This document shows, in pieces, positions 28,367 to 38,454 of a DNA stretch of 63,987 bases (position 1 is its first letter; every line of letters begins with the position of its first letter). The stretch comes from a virus (taxonomy: Duplodnaviria > Caudoviricetes), in the IMG/VR virus record IMGVR_UViG_3300030419_004603, positions 1 to 63,987 of that record. The stretch is one strand, 5' to 3'. The position numbers and the translations under genes are program-made. Below the pieces are notes generated by a model. It was not told where the DNA came from, did no database searches, and worked only from the letters and a program-made list of their open reading frames with translations.

Positions 28367-29457
28367 TGGCCAGAGTAAACTATGAAACTCTTGGTAAGCT
28401 CATCGATGTTGATGAGAGAGACTTGGAGTTTGAAAGGGTTACCAATTCAATAGATGTTACAGATAGAGAATATGGTGTTCAAGTCATATTTGATTACTAT
28501 CGTAGACATGGATTCCCCCACTACACAATTCGTGAAGAGGAAAAACACGACCATTTAAAGAAACTGAGAAAGTTTGATGTCGATACGATATTCAAAGATA
28601 ATCAGATTATTCAAACTATGCACGGATTGAGATTATGTTGGACTTACCACCCACACTTTTGGGAAGTAGTATGTGGTAGTTCTAAAAGGTCACCTATGGA
28701 GATTTTCTTAGATGATGATATGTTTAAATCAACGATTCGTAAGTGTTGGAATTGGGAACAGAAACACTACAAGGGTGAAGACCCAAATGGTGAGAGAAAT
28801 GTATTTCATGAAAATAGACTCAGACAATCAATAAAAATTTATAGTGGTACTCAATCCGTTAGTAACTTTAGACCGACAGCTGCAAAATTAATATATGAAA
28901 AGTTCGGTGGAGATGGTGTAGTTTGGGACATGAGTTGTGGTTGGGGTGGACGACTATTGGGTGCACTATCATCCAAAAAAATTCGGCATTATATTGGCAC
29001 AGAACCGAGTTCTAAAACATATAATGGTCTTTTAAAAATGAGCAAGGATTTTGATTATATAAACAAAAAAGTAAATATATATAGACAAGGAAGTGAGGAG
29101 TACACACCCAAAAAAGAATCTTTAGATTTGTGTTTTACCTCACCACCTTACTTCGATACTGAAAAATATTCAGACGAATCAACACAAAGTTATATAAAGT
29201 ATCCTACTCAAGATGAGTGGGTAAATGGTTTTTTAAGACAAACAATTCAAAACTGTCACATAGGACTTAAAAAGGGTGGTTATATGCTATACAATATAGC
29301 AAACACACCAAAGTATAAATTCATAGAAGAGGAAACAATTAATATTTCGAAATCACTTGGATTTATTCAAGAAGAAACAATACAGCTAACATTATCAAGT
29401 GTGATGGGAGCGGGATATAAATACGAACCCATTTTTATTTTTAGAAAAGGAGAATAA
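28366..29457 (+). CDS. amino DNA methyltransferase-like protein, third copy
   Basis: SNFRPTAAK, WDMSCGWGGRLLG, FTSPPYFDTEKY, YEPIFIF. Confidence 0.8.
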   Translation: MARVNYETLGKLIDVDERDLEFERVTNSIDVTDREYGVQVIFDYYRRHGFPHYTIREEEKHDHLKKLRKFDVDTIFKDNQIIQTMHGLRLCWTYHPHFWEVVCGSSKRSPMEIFLDDDMFKSTIRKCWNWEQKHYKGEDPNGERNVFHENRLRQSIKIYSGTQSVSNFRPTAAKLIYEKFGGDGVVWDMSCGWGGRLLGALSSKKIRHYIGTEPSSKTYNGLLKMSKDFDYINKKVNIYRQGSEEYTPKKESLDLCFTSPPYFDTEKYSDESTQSYIKYPTQDEWVNGFLRQTIQNCHIGLKKGGYMLYNIANTPKYKFIEEETINISKSLGFIQEETIQLTLSSVMGAGYKYEPIFIFRKGE

Positions 29458-30060
29458 ATGGAAACAACTAATGTACCAATAAAGGTGAATTACTCAAACG
29501 GATCAAACTTGACACCAAATCAGCAACTACTTTTTAAAAATTTGGAATGGGGTATAAATTTAGAATCAAGCACTATGTATCTAAGTTACGAAATAGACCA
29601 AGACCAATTATATGCGGTGATGACACGATTTGATAATTTTGTAAGGTTAAATCCGAAACAAGATATTAATTTACATATTACATCATATGGTGGAGATGTT
29701 TATGCCATGTTAGGAACCATAGACTTCTTTAAAACTTTACCTGTTAAAGTAAATACTCGATGTATTGGAGCGTGTATGTCAGCAGCCGCGGTAATATTAG
29801 CGTGTGGAACTGGTAATAGAACAATGACCCAAAATTCTACTGTCATGGTTCATGAAGGTTCAGCGTTCGAGGGTGGTAAAACTACAGATGTACTCAAAGG
29901 AGCAGACCATCTTAAAAAATTACAAAAAAATATAAATAGAATACTTGGTGAGGTCACAAAAAAAGACCAACAATTTTGGGAAGGTGTTTCAAAGAATGAT
30001 ACCTATTTGACAGCAGATGAATGTTTAGAATATGGATTAATTGATGAAATTATCTCTTGA
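29458..30060 (+). CDS. clpP: ClpP-family serine protease, paralog B
   Basis: ITSYGGDV, CMSAAA, VMVHE, NDTYLTADECLEYGLIDEI. Confidence 0.85.
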   Translation: METTNVPIKVNYSNGSNLTPNQQLLFKNLEWGINLESSTMYLSYEIDQDQLYAVMTRFDNFVRLNPKQDINLHITSYGGDVYAMLGTIDFFKTLPVKVNTRCIGACMSAAAVILACGTGNRTMTQNSTVMVHEGSAFEGGKTTDVLKGADHLKKLQKNINRILGEVTKKDQQFWEGVSKNDTYLTADECLEYGLIDEIIS

Positions 30061-30085
30061 CTTTTATGTATTTTATTGTTAAATT
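30057..30085 (+). promoter_or_regulatory. sigma70-type promoter
   Basis: TTGACT-17 nt-TAAATT, then AGGAG SD; twin of 8318-8346. Confidence 0.75.
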
Positions 30086-30109
30086 CTTATATGATATTAG
30101 GAGAAGTAT

Positions 30110-30520
30110 ATGAAAAATGAAAGTTTGATGGACTTAAAAAGAAATTCAATTAAAGATACTCCAAAGTCAGAACCAACAACCGACAATGTTGTTCAGTTGA
30201 TGGAAAAGGAATGGCCTGAGATGACTAAAGAGTTCAAAAAATTACAAAGAGAACAATATGAATTGTTCTGTCACAAACAACATGATTACGGTCCTGGCAA
30301 CATATCAGTTGGTACACAATTGAAGACTAAGGAAGAAATAAAACTATCACTCACAGGTTTATGGTTTCGTATGAATGACAAATTACAACGAGTAAAAACA
30401 CTATTAATGAACGACAGAGAATCAGCTGTTAAGGACGAACCATTAGAAGATGCTTATTTAGATGTATCAAATTATGGAATTATGGCAACTCTTGTTGGTC
30501 GTGGAAAGTGGGGAAAATAA
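30110..30520 (+). CDS. DUF1599 / nucleotide modification associated domain 1 protein
   Basis: KQHDYG, RMNDKLQR, EPLEDAYLDVSNYGIM. Confidence 0.78.
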   Translation: MKNESLMDLKRNSIKDTPKSEPTTDNVVQLMEKEWPEMTKEFKKLQREQYELFCHKQHDYGPGNISVGTQLKTKEEIKLSLTGLWFRMNDKLQRVKTLLMNDRESAVKDEPLEDAYLDVSNYGIMATLVGRGKWGK

Positions 30521-30768
30521 TGAAGACAGCAAAATACTTTACAGCCACATGGTGTGGCCCTTGTAAAGCTTTCAAACCTGTAATGACCGAAATTATGAAC
30601 GAAGGTCATTCAGTTCAAATACTTGATGTGGATGAAAACAAAGCATTAGCACAACAATACAATGTAAGGTCAGTACCAACCACAGTTATAGAAGAAAATG
30701 GAGTTGAAATAGACAGATTCGTAGGTGGATTACCTAAACAATCTGTGATTCAAAAACTAAATGGCTAG
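30520..30768 (+). CDS. trxA: thioredoxin
   Basis: WCGPCK, NVRSVPT. Confidence 0.92.
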   Translation: MKTAKYFTATWCGPCKAFKPVMTEIMNEGHSVQILDVDENKALAQQYNVRSVPTTVIEENGVEIDRFVGGLPKQSVIQKLNG

Positions 30769-31615
30769 AAAAAAATCAGTATCGTATAGTCAATTCGCGT
30801 TATGGGAACAATGCCCTTATTCGTGGAAACTACAATATGTGGATAAGGCTATACCTTGGTCGGATAATATCTATACTTTATTTGGTACTGCGATGCATGA
30901 GGTACTACAAGAGTACATCAAAGTAATGTATACCAAAAGTATAGTAGAGGCTGACAAACTACTTCTCAATGAAGAACTTGAAGATAGAATGAAGAAACAA
31001 TTTATGGAAATCATGGCTAAAAATGGTGGTGAAGAATTTTGTACTAAAGATGAGATGACAGAATTTTATAGTGATGGTTTAAAAATTATAGATTTCTTCA
31101 AAAAGAAAAGAGCAATGTACTTCAGTAAGAAAGGTTATGAATTATTAGGAATCGAAACTTCATTAAATTACGATTTACCAAATAATCTTAAATTTAAAGG
31201 GTTCATCGACCTAATTATTAAAGACAACATCCGTAATCGAATCAAGATTATTGATATTAAAACATCATCTTGGGGTTGGAATAAATACGCTAAAGCTGAC
31301 AAGAACAAGACAGACCAACTCCTATTGTACAAATCATTTTATTCAAAACAGCACGATGTTCCATTGGACAGAATCGATGTGGAATATTTTATCGTTAAGA
31401 GGAAACTATACGAGGGTATGGATTTTCCACAAAGAAGGGTTCAAACCTTTGTTCCAGCAAATGGTAAACCTTCAATTAATAAGGTAATCAATAGGTTACA
31501 AAATTTTATGACGAGTTGTTACAATGAAGATGGTTCGTTCAAAGATGTCAATTACGACAAATGTAAAACAAAAAAAGATTGTAAAGCATTTACTAAATGT
31601 AAGGATTTACCATGA
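30761..31615 (+). CDS. PD-(D/E)XK nuclease, RecB/Cas4-like
   Basis: SYSQ..QCP, FGTAMHE, GFIDL..IIDIKT, QLLLY, C-terminal Cys trio. Confidence 0.85.
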   Translation: MARKKSVSYSQFALWEQCPYSWKLQYVDKAIPWSDNIYTLFGTAMHEVLQEYIKVMYTKSIVEADKLLLNEELEDRMKKQFMEIMAKNGGEEFCTKDEMTEFYSDGLKIIDFFKKKRAMYFSKKGYELLGIETSLNYDLPNNLKFKGFIDLIIKDNIRNRIKIIDIKTSSWGWNKYAKADKNKTDQLLLYKSFYSKQHDVPLDRIDVEYFIVKRKLYEGMDFPQRRVQTFVPANGKPSINKVINRLQNFMTSCYNEDGSFKDVNYDKCKTKKDCKAFTKCKDLP

Positions 31616-32013
31616 ATGTAGTTAGATTAAGATTGAAAATGAGTGATTGGGTGAAAACTGAAATTGAAGAATATGTAATAAACAGACTAGCTGAATTACA
31701 TAAAATTCATCAATTTAAGTTACACCTTTGGTATGACGATGGTGATTTATCCCCAACTGAATTAAAAAAATTCATAACAAAATACGAAAAACAATTATTT
31801 TTTAGAACCATAATAACACCTACATCTGATATCAAAAGGAATGATTTTATTTGGTATGATATAATACCATCAGAATTAAAACCATTTGACAGAACAAGAT
31901 TTACATATGCTGGAGATGTATTTGGTGGATTATTACAATTTCAGAAAACATTAGAATTTTGTATGAAACCGAGAAGTGAAACACCAATTAGAAAACAAAA
32001 AAGGAATGATTGA
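31612..32013 (+). CDS. hypothetical protein
   Basis: ATGA-coupled 133-aa ORF. Confidence 0.6.
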   Translation: MNVVRLRLKMSDWVKTEIEEYVINRLAELHKIHQFKLHLWYDDGDLSPTELKKFITKYEKQLFFRTIITPTSDIKRNDFIWYDIIPSELKPFDRTRFTYAGDVFGGLLQFQKTLEFCMKPRSETPIRKQKRND

Positions 32014-32417
32014 TGAAACGAGTTGGAATCGTAGGTTCAAGAGAATATACGAATCGTAGAAAAATTAAAGAATTTGTATTCAAACTCAAGGAACAATTTG
32101 GTGATAAAGTTGAAATTGTAAGTGGTGGACAGAAGAAAGGTGCTGATGGTTACGCTAAAAAGTTTGCATTAGAGTTTGACATGAAATATGTTGAGTTTCC
32201 ACCAAGACACTACACATACAATCAACATTGTATATTAGATGAATCCCATTATGGAAAAAGATATTATCCAAAAAATTTCTTTGATAGAAATAGACAGATT
32301 GCAGAATATAGTGATTATGTCGTAGCCTTTGTACCAGAAGGTGTGATATCTAATGGTACTATGAATACAATTGAACATTCACAAAATTTAAATAAAAAAG
32401 TGATAATTTTAAACTAA
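32013..32417 (+). CDS. SLOG-superfamily (YspA/DUF2493/DprA-like) protein
   Basis: VGIVGSR, IVSGG..GAD, DRNRQIAEYSD, SNGTMNTI. Confidence 0.8.
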   Translation: MKRVGIVGSREYTNRRKIKEFVFKLKEQFGDKVEIVSGGQKKGADGYAKKFALEFDMKYVEFPPRHYTYNQHCILDESHYGKRYYPKNFFDRNRQIAEYSDYVVAFVPEGVISNGTMNTIEHSQNLNKKVIILN

Positions 32418-32450
32418 GTATATACTTATATATGTATATATGGAGATGTT

Positions 32451-32648
32451 ATGAAAAGTAATACGAAATTAACATCGGTTAAGGTTTTAGATGGGTTATA
32501 TAAAAAGTTTAAGATAAAGTCCTTGAATGAAGATTTTACATTGCAAAAACTTGTTAATCGGTCTATACATAAATTCCTTACTGATGATGATTATAATTTA
32601 ACTATTAAACAACACCGTGACTTAAAAGTTAGTGGAAGTAGGTTTTAA
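32451..32648 (+). CDS. small protein, possible ribbon-helix-helix DNA binder
   Basis: LTSVKV strand followed by two helices (LYKKFK, TLQKLVNRSI). GGAG SD; TACTTATA/TATGTATA upstream. Confidence 0.55.
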   Translation: MKSNTKLTSVKVLDGLYKKFKIKSLNEDFTLQKLVNRSIHKFLTDDDYNLTIKQHRDLKVSGSRF

Positions 32649-32650
32649 TT

Positions 32651-34042
32651 ATGGCAAAGAAAAAAATATTATTGTTATCAGATGACCTCAGAATGAGTAG
32701 TGGAGTGGGTACGGTTTCTAAAAATTTTGTTTTGGGGACACTTAAACACTTCGATTGGGTACAAGTTGCAGGTGCAATCAAACATCCTGAAGAAGGTAAA
32801 GTGGTTGATATGAATGATTCAGTTCGTGAAGAGACTGGAATTGAAGATGCCAATTTGAAGATTTATCCAGTAAGTGGTTATGGTAATCAAGAGTTAATCA
32901 GACAGATAATGAATATTGAGCAACCTAATGCCATTCTACATTATACCGACCCAAGATTTTGGGTTTGGTTATATCAAATGGAACATGAAATTAGACAACA
33001 GATTCCAATATTCTATTACAACATTTGGGATGACTTACCATACCCAAGATACAATGAATTCTTTTACGAGAGTTCTGATTTGATTATGAACATATCAAAA
33101 CAGACCGTAAATATTGTTGAACAAGTTGCTCAGAAAAAACCAAGAACAGATTGGGATTGTACATACATTCCTCATGGTATACCTGAAGAAAAGTTTTATC
33201 CTATTGATGAAAAGGATGAAGAATTCAAACAACTCACTGGATTCAAAAGACAATTAACAAAGGGTAAGGATTACGACTTTATTGTTTTTTGGAATAATAG
33301 AAATATTAGAAGAAAGTTACCTGCTGATGTTATAATGGGTTATAAAACTTTCTGTGATAACTTACCGAAAGAAAAGGCAGAAAAATGTGTATTAGTGATG
33401 CACACCCAACCCGTTGATAAGAATGGAACAGATTTACCTGAAGTCGTATCTAATTTGTGTCCTGATTACGATGTGATATTCTCTCACAATAAATTAGAAG
33501 ATAAACAATTAAACTTTATCTATAATATAGCCGACATTCAAGTCAACATAGCTAGTAACGAAGGTTTTGGTTTAGGAACTGCAGAAGCAGTAATGGCTGG
33601 TACACCAATTATTGTGAATGTTACTGGTGGATTACAAGACCAATGTGGATTTGAGTTAAATGGTAAGCATGTAGGATATGAAGATTACAGAGAGATTGTA
33701 TCGTTTCACGACAGAGATAAATGGGAACATAACGCAGATTTAACTTGGGGTGAATGGGTAAAACCAATTTGGCCAGCATGTCGTTCTGTACAAGGTTCAG
33801 TACCGACACCATACATTTTTGATGATAGACCAAGATGGGAAGATTTAGGAACTCGTATTCGTGAGTGGTATGAAACACCAAAAGAAAAAAGAACTTCATT
33901 CGGAAAAAAAGGTCGAGAATGGATGTTGAAAGAAGAGGTTGGAATGTCTTGTAAAAATATGTGTCAGAGATTTATCGACCATATGAATACAGCATTTGAA
34001 AAATGGAAACCTCGTAAACGATTTACAATGTATCAAGCATAG
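32651..34042 (+). CDS. GT-B glycosyltransferase (GT4-like)
   Basis: IPHGI, NRNIRRK, YNIAD..NEGFGLGTAEA..GGLQD. Confidence 0.88.
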   Translation: MAKKKILLLSDDLRMSSGVGTVSKNFVLGTLKHFDWVQVAGAIKHPEEGKVVDMNDSVREETGIEDANLKIYPVSGYGNQELIRQIMNIEQPNAILHYTDPRFWVWLYQMEHEIRQQIPIFYYNIWDDLPYPRYNEFFYESSDLIMNISKQTVNIVEQVAQKKPRTDWDCTYIPHGIPEEKFYPIDEKDEEFKQLTGFKRQLTKGKDYDFIVFWNNRNIRRKLPADVIMGYKTFCDNLPKEKAEKCVLVMHTQPVDKNGTDLPEVVSNLCPDYDVIFSHNKLEDKQLNFIYNIADIQVNIASNEGFGLGTAEAVMAGTPIIVNVTGGLQDQCGFELNGKHVGYEDYREIVSFHDRDKWEHNADLTWGEWVKPIWPACRSVQGSVPTPYIFDDRPRWEDLGTRIREWYETPKEKRTSFGKKGREWMLKEEVGMSCKNMCQRFIDHMNTAFEKWKPRKRFTMYQA

Positions 34043-34050
34043 GAGAATTT

Positions 34051-35385
34051 ATGAAACCAATGGTTTTAGTTACAGCACCAGTAGGGACAAGAAGTGGTTA
34101 TGGTGCACATAGTAGAGATATATGTAGAAGTCTTATTGAATTGGATAAATATGATGTTAGAATATGGCCAGTCAGATGGGGAAGTACACCTCAAAATGCA
34201 CTAAGTGAGGATAACCCACAAGACTTACCGATTATCAAAAGATTATTAAAGTCACCTGAGGTTGAGCGTCAACCAGAAGTACACATTCATATTGTGGTTC
34301 CAAACGAATTTAATGCTTTGGGTAAGTACAATATTGGTATTACTGCTGGTATAGAGACAACTGTATGTCCAGCATATTGGATTGAAGGTTTGAATCGTAT
34401 GAATTTAAATATCGTACCTGCAAAATTTGTCAAGGATACGATTGAAAAGACAAGTTTTGATAAGTTTGATGAAAAAACTAAAAAGAAAATAGGTAGAGTT
34501 GTTAGTGAAAAACCAGTGGAAGTATTGTTCGAGGGTTTTGATTCTAATATTTACAAAACAACGAAAGAGTTTTCACTTGATTTAGTCAATGAGATGAAAG
34601 AAGTTAAGGAAGATTTTTGTTTTCTTCATGTAGGTCATTGGTTACAAGGTAATTTAGGTGAGGATAGAAAAGATTTAGGAATGTTGGTAAAGGTATTTTT
34701 AGAAACATTCAAAAATCAAAAAAATCAACCAGCACTAATATTGAAAACAAGTGGTGCTACACCTTGTATATTAGATAGAGAAGACATTTTAAAGAAGATA
34801 AATAATATCAAAAAGGATGTGAAGGGCACATTACCTAATGTGTATGTATTACATGGAGATTTGAGAGATGAGGAAATTAACCAACTCTATAATCATCCAA
34901 AAGTAAAGTCACACATCACATTCACTCATGGTGAAGGTTTTGGTCGTCCATTACTTGAAGCAAGTTTGAGTGAAAAACCTATTATAGCTTCTAATTGGAG
35001 TGGTCAATTAGATTTCCTAAATACTGATGCATTATTACTACCGGGTGGTTTAGTAAATGTCCCCCCAAATTCATTTCCAAAAGAGTTTAATGTTGAAGGA
35101 GCACAATGGTTTCAAGTAAACTATCAATATGCAAGTAATGTCATGAAAGAAGTTTTCAATAACTACGACAAGTATAAAATTAAGGCAAAGAAATTAGCAA
35201 TAGTTAATAAGACCAAATTTACTTTGTCCGATATGACAAAAAAACTTGATGAAATACTCACAAAATATTTACCAAAGTTTGAAGTCCAACCACAGAAGGT
35301 CGACTTAAAATTACCAACACTCAAAAAGGTATCAGAACCAAAACAAAATTTAGGTTTACCTAAATTAAAGAAGGTGGGTGTATAA
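34051..35385 (+). CDS. GT-B glycosyltransferase (GT4-like)
   Basis: SGYG, DRKD, GEGFGRPLLEA, WSGQLDF. Confidence 0.88.
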   Translation: MKPMVLVTAPVGTRSGYGAHSRDICRSLIELDKYDVRIWPVRWGSTPQNALSEDNPQDLPIIKRLLKSPEVERQPEVHIHIVVPNEFNALGKYNIGITAGIETTVCPAYWIEGLNRMNLNIVPAKFVKDTIEKTSFDKFDEKTKKKIGRVVSEKPVEVLFEGFDSNIYKTTKEFSLDLVNEMKEVKEDFCFLHVGHWLQGNLGEDRKDLGMLVKVFLETFKNQKNQPALILKTSGATPCILDREDILKKINNIKKDVKGTLPNVYVLHGDLRDEEINQLYNHPKVKSHITFTHGEGFGRPLLEASLSEKPIIASNWSGQLDFLNTDALLLPGGLVNVPPNSFPKEFNVEGAQWFQVNYQYASNVMKEVFNNYDKYKIKAKKLAIVNKTKFTLSDMTKKLDEILTKYLPKFEVQPQKVDLKLPTLKKVSEPKQNLGLPKLKKVGV

Positions 35386-35852
35386 TGGAAAGAGTAATAA
35401 CTTGCCCACATTGTTTTGATTCGGATAGTTGTTTTGAGGATGTACAAGAAACATTTAGTTCTTATATGTGTTTCAATTGTGGATTTATGAGTAATTCTAA
35501 TTACACAGATGAGAACATTGAAAACATACAACATACTTCACAATTAATAAAAGATTTGTCCTTCAGAGATGAAACAAGAAACATTCATTGGTATCCAAGT
35601 GTGGTCAATATGGGTAAGTTGGGTATAATATATCCTGATGGAACTGTATTCGATTGGAAATGGAAGTTTGCTAGTGTGGTAAAAGTAGATGAGGAAGAAA
35701 GTAAAAATTATCCCATACCTGGTAAGGATGGTGAGTTCTATACGGAAAGACTTGATGTAGAAAATGCTGTAGAATTTGGACAATACGAATTTTTATCAGC
35801 CTGTAAGACTATGGGAATTGTAAACGATGGGTTGAAGAATGGCTTATCTTAG
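35385..35852 (+). CDS. zinc-ribbon hypothetical protein
   Basis: CPHC and CFNCG pairs. Confidence 0.65.
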   Translation: MERVITCPHCFDSDSCFEDVQETFSSYMCFNCGFMSNSNYTDENIENIQHTSQLIKDLSFRDETRNIHWYPSVVNMGKLGIIYPDGTVFDWKWKFASVVKVDEEESKNYPIPGKDGEFYTERLDVENAVEFGQYEFLSACKTMGIVNDGLKNGLS

Positions 35853-36336
35853 TCAACATATAAGAAATATAAAAAGAAAGACCACAATTCAACCAGAGAG
35901 GTTAGAGTCAGGACCTATTTACGAAATAAGATATAGGAGTAAGACAGCTACTAAGACTCGATATCTTGTTTTGGCAGTAAATATCTATCCATACGATGCT
36001 GATAGAAAAAATAAAAAATTACATTGTTTGGATATGGATTTTCTACCTATCAGAGAATTTCGATATCTTATCAAGGAAAACTTTGGACTTCAAATTATAG
36101 AAATTAAAAATCAAAAGTATATCGAACTTGCAACGCCAGGTCGAACTAAACAACAACAATTCTATGAAAAAAATATTGGTAATATAATAAGACAAATTCC
36201 TAAATTATATAAAACTCTAACTCTTGGTAACATGAGAAAGATTGAAATTTGTGATTATGATTATACCAAAGTTTTAACAAAGACAGACCAAAGAGACTTA
36301 GGTTTGTTATCTCTGATGGAACAGCAGGACACTTAA
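35839..36336 (+). CDS. basic hypothetical protein
   Basis: Overlap-coupled 165-aa ORF; no secure motif. Confidence 0.6.
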   Translation: MAYLSQHIRNIKRKTTIQPERLESGPIYEIRYRSKTATKTRYLVLAVNIYPYDADRKNKKLHCLDMDFLPIREFRYLIKENFGLQIIEIKNQKYIELATPGRTKQQQFYEKNIGNIIRQIPKLYKTLTLGNMRKIEICDYDYTKVLTKTDQRDLGLLSLMEQQDT

Positions 36337-36992
36337 TGAAGATAAGTTATGGTATTACTGTTCACAATGAGGCAGATGAACTCAATAAACTATTAGAAAT
36401 ATTAGTACATAAGACAAGACCAAACGATGAAATAATCATAGTTGATGATTATTCCAATCAAGAAACACAAAATGTTATTACGAGCTGGTCTCAACAATAT
36501 TCTGAACTAAAAGTTATAGGACACTACAAAAGAAAACTCAATCGTAATTTCTCAGACCAAAAAAATTATGTAATAGAGAAGTCAAGTGGTGATTATGTTT
36601 TTCACATTGATGCTGACGAATATCCACATGAAACATTACTCGACCAACTACCACAGATAATAGAGATGAACGATGGTATTGATTTAATTTGGATACCAAG
36701 AGTAAATACAATTGATGGTATGGAACAAGAACATATCAATAAATGGGGATGGAGAGTTACAGAAAAAGGTTGGGTGAATTATCCTGATTATCAAGCTCGT
36801 GTATTTCGTAATGATGAAAAAATAAGATGGACAAGACCATTACACGAATATATAAGTGGATGTAAAACATACTCACACTTACCACCACATGAAGAGTTAA
36901 GTTTGTATCATCCTAAAACAATACAACGACAAGAACAACAAAATTTATTTTACAACCAAAATTTCAGTAAAGAGTTAAATGTTAGACGCTAA
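36336..36992 (+). CDS. GT2 glycosyltransferase
   Basis: ITVHNE, IIIVDDYS, FHIDADE, PDYQARVF, LHE. Confidence 0.88.
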   Translation: MKISYGITVHNEADELNKLLEILVHKTRPNDEIIIVDDYSNQETQNVITSWSQQYSELKVIGHYKRKLNRNFSDQKNYVIEKSSGDYVFHIDADEYPHETLLDQLPQIIEMNDGIDLIWIPRVNTIDGMEQEHINKWGWRVTEKGWVNYPDYQARVFRNDEKIRWTRPLHEYISGCKTYSHLPPHEELSLYHPKTIQRQEQQNLFYNQNFSKELNVRR

Positions 36993-38454
36993 AACAATAC
37001 TAAAAGATATACCTGATAAAAGACAAGATAAAGATACTACCTCACTTAAGTTTAAGGAACAATTGATTAATTTTTTTGGTGATGAGTGGAAGGATAAAAC
37101 TTGTTTAGAAATCGGAACCAATAAAGGTTATACAACAAGAGTGTTGAGTTTTTTATTCAAAAAAGTGATAACTTGTGAAAATAATTTAGAGTTGTTCCAA
37201 TTTGCCATGAATATCAATCAAGATAGAGATAACATAGAATTTCAACAAAAAGATGTCTATAATACACAATGGGATTTTGAAGATGTAGATGTTGTATTTA
37301 TCGATTGTATACATGAGTATCCTGCAGTAATGATGGATATAAATAATTCATGTCGATTGACCAAACCCAATGAAAGTATGATTCTTGTTTTTGATGATTA
37401 TGGTTTACCTAAACCACCTGGTAGATTAAAAGATGTAAAGGATGCGGTTGATGATGTGGTTGAACAAGAGGAAAGATTCGAAGTTGTAAAATTTATCGGA
37501 GAACCAAAAGGTTCAGATTGTAGACCTGGTAAAATACTTAAAGACCATGAAGGTGTTATATGTAAATTTACCAATACACAATTATCTATATTTCAAAGAG
37601 TAGTCGATAACCAACTTCACAATATAGAAAATAAGTTACACTTGGGATTCGAAGAGTCGGAGGGGTTAAGGATACCTGATGAGTATTTGAATGAGGGAAA
37701 CTTCACAATATTACGAACCGCGAGTGGTATTGGTGATTGGGGTATAATATCTGCGATGCCAAAATTATTAAAAAACAAATATCCTGAGTGTAAAGTAAAT
37801 GTACCATCAAAAAAATTACTCAAAACTATTTTTGGAAAAGACCATAATAATGTAGAGACAATTTTTAGAAATAATCCCTATGTTGATGAGTTCGTTGATT
37901 CTGTTGATGGTGAAATATTCCACGACCACTACAGAGTTTATGATAAAGATAATACCGATATACCATTAATAAAACAAATATTAAAGTTTTGGCAATTCGA
38001 AGAAGAGGAAATGAAAGATTGCCAACCTGAGATGTATTGGTCACCCGAAGAGGAAACACTTGGTAATGCAATAATAAAAGACAGAACAAGTGGTGAAGAT
38101 TTTGGTTGTCTTTTGATGTCGGATAGATTTGGTACTCAATATGGAAAACATCACGAGGATACTTTTGTCAAGGACAAAAAAGTCATGGTAGATGTCTTGA
38201 AGAAAAACCCATTACCTTACTTTTATTACACACATAAACCATTAAATGACACACCATTCGACTTCATAGATAAAGCATTAGATTTAAGAAACATTGACTT
38301 GAGAATACAATTGTATATTAAATCAAAGGCGAAACTTAATGTTTCGAATCAATGTGGTACAAGTCATCTTAGTGTAAGATATTCTGAGTGTTATGAATCA
38401 CAGAGGCAATATCCTATTTCTCACAACTTTGTTGAAGGTATCAAATACATATGA
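36979..38454 (+). CDS. fusion: class I SAM methyltransferase + GT9-like domain
   Basis: N-half LEIGTNKGYT, VFIDCIHEY, FDDYG; C-half SGIGDW..AMPKLLKNKYPE..NNPYVDE. Confidence 0.7.
   Translation: MLDAKTILKDIPDKRQDKDTTSLKFKEQLINFFGDEWKDKTCLEIGTNKGYTTRVLSFLFKKVITCENNLELFQFAMNINQDRDNIEFQQKDVYNTQWDFEDVDVVFIDCIHEYPAVMMDINNSCRLTKPNESMILVFDDYGLPKPPGRLKDVKDAVDDVVEQEERFEVVKFIGEPKGSDCRPGKILKDHEGVICKFTNTQLSIFQRVVDNQLHNIENKLHLGFEESEGLRIPDEYLNEGNFTILRTASGIGDWGIISAMPKLLKNKYPECKVNVPSKKLLKTIFGKDHNNVETIFRNNPYVDEFVDSVDGEIFHDHYRVYDKDNTDIPLIKQILKFWQFEEEEMKDCQPEMYWSPEEETLGNAIIKDRTSGEDFGCLLMSDRFGTQYGKHHEDTFVKDKKVMVDVLKKNPLPYFYYTHKPLNDTPFDFIDKALDLRNIDLRIQLYIKSKAKLNVSNQCGTSHLSVRYSECYESQRQYPISHNFVEGIKYI

Noticed and set aside
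30761-31615. CRISPR-Cas locus around the Cas4-like nuclease
   Set aside because: No repeat-spacer array or other cas genes; solo PD-(D/E)XK nucleases are common in phages.
35839-36336. T4 gp2 DNA end protector-like call
   Set aside because: Only a faint resemblance (LHCLDMDFLP); left as hypothetical.
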